The notes below the pieces were generated by a model. The model had not been told where the DNA came from and ran no database searches. It was given only the letters and a program-made list of their open reading frames with translations. 32,000 nt of DNA from Candidatus Saccharimonadota bacterium (GTDB lineage: Bacteria; Patescibacteriota; Gracilibacteria; UBA1369; 2-02-FULL-48-14), in assembly GCA_965230905.1 (NCBI GenBank), contig OZ246396.1, forward strand, positions 210,001-242,000, in the 5' to 3' direction. The translations under genes were made by a program, and so were the position numbers. Numbering within the stretch: the stretch's first letter is position 1; every line of letters begins with the position of its first letter. Below, piece by piece: positions 24,610 through 32,000 of the stretch.

Positions 24610-27198
24610 TCAGCCCTTAATTCCTTTCAACTCATTCAGCGCATTCATCGCGTCGAGCGGGGTCATGCTGTTTAGGTCCATGGTTTTGAGACGTTCGAGT
24701 GCAGGGTGCGTGATTTTTCCAGGTTCGCGGGCGGAGGCGTGCGCACGGTTGAAGAGGTCCAGCTGATTTTCGGGGACTTTTTTGCCTGCTTGGATTTTTT
24801 CGTTTTCCAGGTTGTGCAGCAGGTCTTTGGCGCGTTCAATGAGCGCGGCTGGTAAGCCAGCCAGGCGGGCCACTTCGATTCCATAACTCTTGTCGATTCC
24901 GCCCTCTTTGATCTGGTGAAGGAAGAGCACGCCCTTGGAGGTTTCTTGCACGTCGATGCAGAAATTTTTGGCGCGAGGGAGTTTTTCCGCAAGTTGAATG
25001 AGCTCGTGGTAGTGCGTGGCGAAGAGGGTGAATCCGCGGACGGCGTCGTGGAGGTGTTCAAAAATCGCCCAGGCCAGGGACAGTCCGTCGTAGGTACTGG
25101 TTCCTCGGCCCACTTCGTCGAGGATGATTAGGCTGCGAGCCGTTGCGTGGTTGAGGATAAAGGCCGATTCCTGCATTTCCACCATGAACGTCGATTGGCC
25201 GCGCATCAGGTTGTCGCTGGCGCCCACACGAGTGAAGATACGGTCGAAAACGCGCATGTGCACGGATTCAGCTGGAACGAAGCTGCCGATTTGCGCCATG
25301 AGTACGATGAGCGCCACTTGGCGGAGGTAGGTGGATTTTCCGCTCATGTTGGGACCGGTGATGAGGTGCACTTCCTGTTCGTCGGCGCGGAAACTGGCAT
25401 TGTTGGGAACAAACGATTGTTCAAAGGTCTGTTTTTCCACCACCGGGTGGCGGCCTTTCACGATTTCGAGCGCGGCATGGTTTGTGAATTCCGGCTTTGC
25501 GTAGCGGTTGTGACGGGCGACCTTGGCGAAGGAAAGCAGCGTGTCGAGTTGGGCGAGCACGGCTGCATTTTCTTTAATGGCGCGAATGTTTTTGAGCGCT
25601 TCGTAGCGCACGTTTAGGAAGAGTTCATGCTCCAGCGCCTTGCTGCGTTCTTCGGCGGTGAGCACTTTTTCTTCGTATTCCTTGAGCTCAGGTGTGATGT
25701 AGCGCTCGCCATTCACCAAAGTTTGCTTGCGGATGTAGTGCGCGGGAACCTGGTCGAGCTTGCCTTTGCTGATCTCAATGTAGTAACCAAACACGCGGTT
25801 GAAACTGACTTTAAGCGTGTGAATTCCCGTGGCCGCAATTTCCTGTTCCTCAATGCGGCGCAGTGCGGATTTTGCGTCCTTCATCAGGTTGTGGAGTTCG
25901 TCGAGGCCCGGGTGAAAGCCGGTTTTAATCAGCCCGCCCTCGGTGAGACGCAGCGGCGGTTCTTCGGTAATGGCGGTTTGAATCAGCGCCACCAGGGAAT
26001 CGAGCGGTTCGAGGTCTTTTTGAAGGCCGAGCAAGAGAGACGCGGTGGCAGATTTTAGAAGAAATTGAATCTTGGGCAGACGCTGAAGCGCATCGGCGAG
26101 GCCAATGAGATCGCGGCCGTTTCCGGTGCTTCCGCTCAGGCGTCCCATCAGACGTTCGAGGTCGCCGAGTCCGTTCAATTCCTCCTCAAGCGGATGGCGG
26201 ATGTCTTCGTTTTGAATCAGGTTTTCCACGGCCGAGTGGCGGGCTTCGATGGCGTCTTTTTTTAGGAGCGGCTCGGCAATCCAGCGGCGCATCAAACGGC
26301 CGCCCATGGAGGTCTCCGTTTGATCCAAAATAGAAAGCAGCGTGCCGGATTCTTGCTCACCACGCAGCGTGGAAAAAAGTTCCAAATTACGGATGGTGGC
26401 TTCGTCCAGCGGCATGAAAGTTTCGCGGTGATACGCCGTTATGCGGTCAATGTGGCCGAGTCCTTCTTTTTGCGTGTCGATGAGGTAGCGAAGCAGGATT
26501 CCGGAGGCTTGAATGGCGAAGGGCAAATAGGCGATTCCAAACACTTCCAGCGTGGTTATTTTAAAGCTGCGAGTTAGGAGCGTGTGCGCCTCTTCATAAA
26601 AGTCACAGGGCGAAACGGGAACGTCGGTGAGTTCCGCGAGCAGGGTGCGAATAGAAGGGTCGTCATAGTGCTCTCGCCACAAAACGATTTCCGCTGGTTG
26701 CAGGCGCAAAAATTCCGTCTTCAAATCCTCCTCGCCTTGCAATTCCGCAGCATGAAATTCGCCCGTGCTCAAATCTGCAAATGCGAATCCGAAATAGTCT
26801 TTTTTAGGGAAGAGCGCGAACACAAATCGGCTGCGTTTTTGTTCCAAAACCTGCTCGCTGTAAGTGGTTCCCGGCGTCACGATGCGCACGATTTTTCGCT
26901 CCACAATTCCCGGTAAATTTGGGTCCGACATTTGTTCGCAAATCGCCACGCGTTTTCCGGCCTTCGTCAACCGCGCGATGTAGTTTTCAGCGCTATGGTA
27001 AGGCACTCCGCACATCGGCAGTGGGTTTTCACTTTTTTTGTCGCGTGAGGTCAGTGTGATCTCCAAAATCTTCGCCGCCTCAATCGCATCGCTGCCAAAC
27101 ATCTCGTAAAAATCCCCCAATCGAAAAAACAAAATCGCACCCGGACACTCCGCCTTTATGGCTTGGTACTGCTGCATCATGGGGGTCGGTTCGTTCAT
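24610..27198 (-). CDS. mutS: DNA mismatch repair protein MutS
   Basis: MNEPTPMMQQYQAIKAECPGAILFFRLGDFYEMFGSDA is the mismatch-binding domain. ITGPNMSGKSTYLRQ is the Walker A, followed by LIILDEVGRGTSTYDG. The protein is 862 aa. Confidence 0.95.
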   Translation of the reverse strand: MNEPTPMMQQYQAIKAECPGAILFFRLGDFYEMFGSDAIEAAKILEITLTSRDKKSENPLPMCGVPYHSAENYIARLTKAGKRVAICEQMSDPNLPGIVERKIVRIVTPGTTYSEQVLEQKRSRFVFALFPKKDYFGFAFADLSTGEFHAAELQGEEDLKTEFLRLQPAEIVLWREHYDDPSIRTLLAELTDVPVSPCDFYEEAHTLLTRSFKITTLEVFGIAYLPFAIQASGILLRYLIDTQKEGLGHIDRITAYHRETFMPLDEATIRNLELFSTLRGEQESGTLLSILDQTETSMGGRLMRRWIAEPLLKKDAIEARHSAVENLIQNEDIRHPLEEELNGLGDLERLMGRLSGSTGNGRDLIGLADALQRLPKIQFLLKSATASLLLGLQKDLEPLDSLVALIQTAITEEPPLRLTEGGLIKTGFHPGLDELHNLMKDAKSALRRIEEQEIAATGIHTLKVSFNRVFGYYIEISKGKLDQVPAHYIRKQTLVNGERYITPELKEYEEKVLTAEERSKALEHELFLNVRYEALKNIRAIKENAAVLAQLDTLLSFAKVARHNRYAKPEFTNHAALEIVKGRHPVVEKQTFEQSFVPNNASFRADEQEVHLITGPNMSGKSTYLRQVALIVLMAQIGSFVPAESVHMRVFDRIFTRVGASDNLMRGQSTFMVEMQESAFILNHATARSLIILDEVGRGTSTYDGLSLAWAIFEHLHDAVRGFTLFATHYHELIQLAEKLPRAKNFCIDVQETSKGVLFLHQIKEGGIDKSYGIEVARLAGLPAALIERAKDLLHNLENEKIQAGKKVPENQLDLFNRAHASAREPGKITHPALERLKTMDLNSMTPLDAMNALNELKGIKG

Positions 27199-27240
27199 GG
27201 ATGCATGCTAGCGAAAAGCCTTACGGACTGCAAAACTTTG

Positions 27241-27594
27241 TCAGTCATTTTTGCAAGCCGCCATTTTCATCATGATCAAGTCTCCTTCTTCGGTATTGCC
27301 CGTCACGGAGATGCTGTTATCAGAGATATAGGTGTTTACTACCGCTCCCTTTGCTACATACTTGTCCTCATCCCTCTCATAGCCTCTTCCATCAAGAACA
27401 CCACCAATGAGTAAATTAGCAGCCTGACACTCCATGGGTTCTTGGTTCGCTAATTCGCGATCATAGACCTCTTGAACAGCTGCGTGAATATCATCCATAA
27501 CTTCTGCGTCCGGCTTTGCACATCTCGTCAAAAGAAGTGGCAGGACCAGTGGGGCTAATTTTCGCAGTGGAGCAAAGCCTTCATTGTGCTTCAT
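27241..27594 (-). CDS. Small hypothetical secreted protein or lipoprotein (117 aa)
   Basis: The ORF lies directly upstream of mutS. The N-terminus LRKLAPLVLPLLLTRCAKPD is signal/lipobox-like. I recognise no family. Confidence 0.5.
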   Translation of the reverse strand: MKHNEGFAPLRKLAPLVLPLLLTRCAKPDAEVMDDIHAAVQEVYDRELANQEPMECQAANLLIGGVLDGRGYERDEDKYVAKGAVVNTYISDNSISVTGNTEEGDLIMMKMAACKND

Positions 27595-27681
27595 AAAATA
27601 TTGTTAAGCATTGATCTTATCACGAAAGCGACGGCTTGCAATATTTGAACTTCTGTCTGAAATCCACTAGAGTTCCGCAGT

Positions 27682-27756
27682 GCCCCTGTAGTTCAACGGA
27701 TAGAACAAATCCGTCCTAAGGATAAGATGGTGGTTCAATTCCGCCCGGGGGCACCA
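27682..27756 (+). tRNA. tRNA-Arg (anticodon CCT), CCA encoded
   Basis: Manual cloverleaf: acceptor GCCCCTG/CGGGGGC (one G-U pair); D arm GTTC-AACGGATA-GAAC; anticodon arm AATCC-GTCCTAA-GGATA with CCT at 27715-27717; 4-nt variable loop; T arm GGTGG-TTCAATT-CCGCC; discriminator A, then CCA. Confidence 0.9.
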
Positions 27757-27825
27757 ATATGGTTAAACACTCGATACAAGTCGATTAAGATTCACCCACG
27801 TCAAGTGAAACCCCGTAGGCGAGAC

Positions 27826-27870
27826 TTGACGGTGAGAGCGTGCTCACCTACGATGTGAGCGTACACTCAC
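27826..27870 (+). promoter_or_regulatory. lexA promoter with two GTGAG-N6-CTCAC palindromes (candidate LexA operators)
   Basis: TTGACG (27826-27831), a 17-nt spacer, then TACGAT (27849-27854). Box 1, GGTGAGAGCGTGCTCACC (27831-27848), fills the spacer. Box 2, GTGAGCGTACACTCAC (27855-27870), covers the predicted start site, 10 nt before the lexA ATG. Confidence 0.45.
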
Positions 27871-27880
27871 CCATCTACCT

Positions 27881-28492
27881 ATGATGACAGAAAAACAAGA
27901 AGCGGTGCTCAAATACATTGAGCAGTATCAAATGAAGATGGGGAAATCCCCTACGCTTCGTGAGATGCGCGAACATTTCGGTGTCAGCAGCGACAACAGT
28001 ATTTTAAAGCACCTGAAGGCTCTTGAAGAAAAAGGGTATCTTTCTAAGGATGATACGCCTCGTGGAATTGGCCTGTTGAGTTCAGTAAAAGATAAACTGG
28101 AAGCTGCCTCTAATATGGCTCGTATTCCTTTGCTGGGCATGATCCCTGCCGGAGGACCGGTGCTGAGTGAAGAACATGTGATTTCTTACTTTGAAGTGGG
28201 AAATGATTTCTTAAAACGACCCCAGGGTTCTTTTGCCCTTAAAGTTTCCGGCCTCAGCATGATAAATGCAGGTATTTTGGAAGGAGATTTTGTTATCGCT
28301 AACCGAGAAATCACGGTTAAAGACGGTGATATTGTAGTGGCCCTAGTAGACGGTAAAAATACAGTTAAGCGTTATCGCAAAAAAGACCACCAAGTGTGGC
28401 TCGAGGCAGAAAACCCTGATTATTCCGATATTCACCCGGATGAATATCTTGAAGTACAAGGCGTGGTCACGGCCGTGATACGCATGTACTGA
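27881..28492 (+). CDS. lexA: LexA repressor (S24 peptidase)
   Basis: The N-terminal winged HTH is QEAVLKYIEQYQMKMGKSPTLREMREHFGVSSDNSILKHLKALEEKGYL. The C-terminal part has LKVSGLSMINAGI (catalytic Ser) and VKRYRK (Lys). Confidence 0.93.
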   Translation: MMTEKQEAVLKYIEQYQMKMGKSPTLREMREHFGVSSDNSILKHLKALEEKGYLSKDDTPRGIGLLSSVKDKLEAASNMARIPLLGMIPAGGPVLSEEHVISYFEVGNDFLKRPQGSFALKVSGLSMINAGILEGDFVIANREITVKDGDIVVALVDGKNTVKRYRKKDHQVWLEAENPDYSDIHPDEYLEVQGVVTAVIRMY

Positions 28493-28757
28493 CACTTGCC
28501 GAAGGCCTGTGCCCCGGAGGGTGCGAACTTTCCTGTCTGTTTTAGTCGTCAGTTTTGTTGAATCCTTTTACCACCACTCTAATGTTTGTACGAAAAACTC
28601 GTAAGAAGTTTCATGTCTCTACTTCCCGCATGTATATGGCCGGAAGACGAAGCGTAGTAACCAAAATGATGCATTTTTTATTCCCCTACGCTCAAAAGGG
28701 CGTGTATCGGATGAATCCGACCAGCGCTCTTATGGCTCTTTAACAGGTGAACCCAAT

Positions 28758-29363
28758 TTAAAGCTTAGGAGCGAGCAGCACAAACTCCATTCGGTCTTCA
28801 GGAAGACTGCTGCGAGCTCCAAGAGAGAATTTTTCAACAGGTTCAGTTTGGGTCTTCCCCATCGCCTTCAAAAATTCCGCCGCTCCACCAATGTTGAGCT
28901 TGGTATCCGTCGCTGCGTAGAGCATAGGGATGACCACTCGAGGCTCAATGGCTTCCACCACTTTTTGGGCAAGCTTTCCATCCAAAACCTCAGACCCCCC
29001 TACCGGGATCATAAGCACATCCACTTCTCCAATCTGATCAATAAGCTCTTCTGTTAATTCGTGAGACAAATAGCTCAGGTGGCAGATCTTGATTCCATCC
29101 AGAGCAAAGATGAAGATGCTGAAATTTTCCCCCAAGGGACAGAGCGCTTCAATGGCCACATTGGACACTTCAAATTCTCCAGGCCAATCGAGCACTTTTG
29201 GATCTCCGTCCACTTCTGCGATTTCGCCTTCCCCACTCACGCTCACAATGTCTGCCTTCAGTTTAGGGAGTTTCACTCCGAGTCCTTCGAAGGGGTCTGT
29301 CACAATCGTGGCGTCCTTGCCCTTAATAGTGAAACAGGAGTGTCCGTGCCATGTAATATCCAT
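28758..29363 (-). CDS. MBL-fold metal-dependent hydrolase (UPF0173-like)
   Basis: MDITWHGHSCFTIKGKDATIVTDPF is the typical N-terminus of the UPF0173/YtkL-type beta-lactamase-fold hydrolases. The protein is 201 aa. Confidence 0.8.
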   Translation of the reverse strand: MDITWHGHSCFTIKGKDATIVTDPFEGLGVKLPKLKADIVSVSGEGEIAEVDGDPKVLDWPGEFEVSNVAIEALCPLGENFSIFIFALDGIKICHLSYLSHELTEELIDQIGEVDVLMIPVGGSEVLDGKLAQKVVEAIEPRVVIPMLYAATDTKLNIGGAAEFLKAMGKTQTEPVEKFSLGARSSLPEDRMEFVLLAPKL

Positions 29364-29448
29364 AATTTTTTGTTAGTGCGGGCGCATTCTAACAAAGCTT
29401 GCGCAGCGTGCCTAGTCCATGAAATAGTAGGGCCAATTTCAGCCTTAA

Positions 29449-30723
<1,275 letters not shown>

Positions 30724-30752
30724 CAGGAGCAAACTCGCCTTTGGCGAGCAAT

Positions 30753-31122
30753 CAAAAACCGACTTTTCTCTCGAGGACTCAGGCGCTAATTTCTGAGCGC
30801 TGGCCTCATGGTGAGGGAAAGGTCGGTTCTGTGAATGGTGACGAACTCCATTCTGTTTTTGTTTTTCATCTGCTGTACTTCGGTCGATTTTATGGCCGGA
30901 CCGGGGCTGTCCTTGGCGTGGATACAGGTCACTGTGCCGAAGCAGGGAGTGAAAGCAAGAACCACAGAACGATACGAGAGTCTTTCTCTCTCATGGGTGA
31001 TCTAGTCGAGACCACCAGCGTAAAGCAGAGCCGTTTAAGGTAAAGTAACTTTTGTCCCAAAGGGACCTACGTGTTTTTGTCTGAGTTTTGAATGGGCGGT
31101 GAAACGTTTTGTTTTTGCGTTT
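30753..31122 (-). ncRNA. Candidate ~370 nt minus-strand RNA, copy A (promoter to terminator; family unknown)
   Basis: Promoter TTGATA (31157-31152), 17-nt spacer, TATATT (31134-31129). Terminator: the 70-nt hairpin at 30758-30827, whose base ACCGAC/GTCGGT is followed on the minus strand by UUUU (30757-30754). No minus-strand ORF is conserved between the copies. Confidence 0.4.
30835..31005 (+). CDS. Candidate small hydrophobic peptide, copy A (56 aa; speculative)
   Basis: ATG 30835 to TAG 31005 encodes MVTNSILFLFFICCTSVDFMAGPGLSLAWIQVTVPKQGVKARTTERYESLSLSWVI. It is below the track cutoff. A 34-codon core is shared with copy B. Confidence 0.2.
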   Translation: MVTNSILFLFFICCTSVDFMAGPGLSLAWIQVTVPKQGVKARTTERYESLSLSWVI

Positions 31123-31248
31123 CATACCAATATACGTGGCGATGTACCGCTTATCAAGTTTCTGTCGTGGACATGAACACAAAATTGTTTCAGGGTAGAT
31201 TGTTTTTACCTGAAAGGGCATAGCCTTCTAGATAAACTTTCCGGACAA

Positions 31249-31639
31249 TAAAAAAACCGACTTTTCTCTCGAGGACTCAGGCGCCAATTTCGGGCGCTGG
31301 CCTCATAGTGAGGGAAAGGTCGGTTCTGTGAAAGGCGATGAACTCTTTCTATTTTTATTTTTCATCTACTGTACTTTGGTCGACTTTAGGGCCGGACCGG
31401 GGCTACTCTTGGCGTGGATACTAGTCACTGTGCCGAAGCAGGGAATGAAACGAGATCCACAGAGTGGAGGGTGAGAGTCTGAGTCTCGTGGGCAATCCAA
31501 TCAGGATCACCAGGGTAAAGTAGAAGCCGTTGAAGGTAAAAGAACTTTTTGTTTCTGTTTCGATTTTTGAATGAGCGGTGAAACGTTGCTTATTCTGTGT
31601 TGGCGCCGTCGTGTCCCGTTGGCGTCGACTTCAGCGTTT
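31249..31639 (-). ncRNA. Candidate ~390 nt minus-strand RNA, copy B
   Basis: Promoter TTGATA (31674-31669), 17-nt spacer, TATATT (31651-31646). The hexamers and spacing match copy A, while 6 of 17 spacer bases differ. Terminator hairpin at 31256-31324, followed on the minus strand by a run of U (31255-31250). Confidence 0.4.
31328..31474 (+). CDS. Candidate small hydrophobic peptide, copy B (48 aa; speculative)
   Basis: GTG 31328 to TGA 31474 encodes MKGDELFLFLFFIYCTLVDFRAGPGLLLAWILVTVPKQGMKRDPQSGG. GAGGGAAAGG lies 8 nt upstream of the GTG. Confidence 0.2.
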   Translation: MKGDELFLFLFFIYCTLVDFRAGPGLLLAWILVTVPKQGMKRDPQSGG

Positions 31640-31796
31640 CAAATCAATATACGTGCCGCGGCATGGCTTATCAAGTTTCTGTAATGGACTTGAATAAGAA
31701 ATTGTTTCAGCTTGGCTAATTTTAATCTGGAGTGGTATTTTGATTTTCTTGCTAAAAAAAGTATTTTAATTCATAATTTGGGAGCCTTAACCCGTT

Positions 31797-32000
31797 ATGA
31801 CCACCTTCTCACTCTTCGATATAGCTGGTCCAATCATGGTGGGCCCCTCCAGTTCTCATACTGCCGGGGCAGCTAAAATAGGTCAGTTTGCGAGAGCGAT
31901 TTTTGATGCAACTCCTACTAAGGTGCACTTTTTGCTGCACGGATCTTTTGGAGAAGTATATAAAGGGCATGCTACGGATCGGGCACTTTTGGGAGGCGTT
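31797..32000 (+). CDS. sdaAB: L-serine dehydratase, iron-sulfur-dependent, beta subunit (5' part; continues beyond the window)
   Basis: MTTFSLFDIAGPIMVGPSSSHTAGAAKIGQFARAIF...HGSFGEVYKGHATDRALLGG matches the SdaAB N-terminus (SVFDIIGPVMIGPSSSHTAGA...YGSFAETYKGHGTD). Confidence 0.9.
   Translation, partial: MTTFSLFDIAGPIMVGPSSSHTAGAAKIGQFARAIFDATPTKVHFLLHGSFGEVYKGHATDRALLGGV

Larger units (their letters stand above)
30753..31193. repeat. Tandem unit A (conserved core) of a ~498-bp duplicated noncoding module
   Basis: ACCGACTTTTCTCTCGAGGACTCAGGCGC at 30758 recurs at 31256. The copies are collinear through AAATTGTTTCAG (ending 31193 vs 31710), with indels and a diverged middle. Confidence 0.85.
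31249..31710. repeat. Tandem unit B (conserved core) of the same module
   Basis: Same evidence as unit A. Unit B carries a ~38 nt longer insert inside a conserved 7-bp stem (31580s-31641). Confidence 0.85.

Noticed and set aside
27636-27663. A tRNA-Arg promoter, TTGCAA-16-TGAAAT
   Set aside because: It is plausibly positioned, about 20 nt upstream of the tRNA. However, the hexamers are weak and the spacer is 16 nt, so support is too thin to list it as a feature.
27682-28492. An integrative element or prophage at tRNA-Arg
   Set aside because: There is no integrase or recombinase. I saw no repeat of the tRNA 3' end elsewhere in the window. The adjacent gene is a normal lexA.
28555-28743. The 62-aa + ORF in the lexA-MBL gap
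   Set aside because: It has a TTG start, no SD, and a basic, irregular composition (MLNPFTTTLMFVRKTRKKFHVSTSRMYMAGRR...). It is convergent with both neighbours. It is more likely noncoding.
30758-31193. RNase P RNA (GAGGGAAAGGTCGG resembles the GAGGAAAGUCCGG CR-I element); also tmRNA, SRP and 6S RNA
   Set aside because: The GAGGGAAAGGTCGGT segment pairs with the 5'-adjacent ACCGACTTTTCTCTC. There is no P4 partner near a 3' end, and no ACAGAAnCCGGCUUA-type CR-V in copy B. There is no tRNA-like end and no GGAA/AGCA SRP helix-8 pattern. The two tandem diverged copies also argue against a housekeeping RNA. This was not tested with covariance models.
30741-31221. Track ORFs 30741-31043 (+, 100 aa) and 30991-31221 (-, 76 aa) as genes
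   Set aside because: Neither is conserved in the second repeat copy. Indels between the copies shift the + frame. The minus ORF's start region (GGTATGAAACGC) is GATTTGAAACGCTGA in copy B, and that ORF spans the predicted promoter.
31256-31796. A T-box, glycine or other known riboswitch leader for sdaAB
   Set aside because: There is no T-box sequence (AANNNGGGUGGNACCGCG) and no glycine-aptamer core. The first copy has no downstream gene. The best promoter and terminator signals face away from sdaAB.

Overview
This 32 kb window looks like a compact bacterial chromosome at roughly 50% GC. My guess is an uncultivated, CPR/Patescibacteria-like lineage, based on tightly packed or overlapping genes and many orphan proteins; I cannot verify that here.

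Confident core genes:
- uvrA (partial, minus strand, runs off the window start)
- a PrsW-family intramembrane protease
- recF
- thrS, lacking the N-terminal TGS domain
- rpsF-ssb-rpsR
- mutS
- tRNA-Arg(CCT)
- lexA
- an MBL-fold hydrolase
- eno
- the 5' end of sdaAB

Accessory content:
- an overlapping MNT/HEPN pair
- an RHH/RelE-like pair with an ATGA start/stop overlap
- a 5'-truncated NYN-domain remnant and a possible cutA remnant
- a TrmB-family regulator and a HAD-IIB hydrolase

Three regions are not explained by known families:
1. 30753-31748: two tandem ~498 bp noncoding units between eno and sdaAB. Each has a conserved minus-strand TTGATA-17-TATATT promoter and a 70-nt hairpin plus U-run terminator, with compensatory base changes between copies. 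This predicts a ~370-390 nt RNA. That RNA is fully antisense to a conserved small hydrophobic + strand ORF, an architecture resembling type I toxin-antitoxin / LDR loci.
2. 7015-16184: a 9.1 kb minus-strand cluster of five translationally coupled orphan envelope proteins. It includes a polytopic membrane protein with a Pro/Thr tail and a ~1100 aa secreted protein with a His-rich tail. The cluster has its own promoters.
3. 19583-23091: a three-gene operon encoding an HTH-fused STAND/AAA_16-like NTPase, an asparaginase-family protein and a NIF/FCP1-like HAD protein. All three have altered catalytic motifs.

I found no CRISPR array, rRNA, transposase or integrase. All calls come from reading the sequence and ORF translations by eye; no database search was possible.
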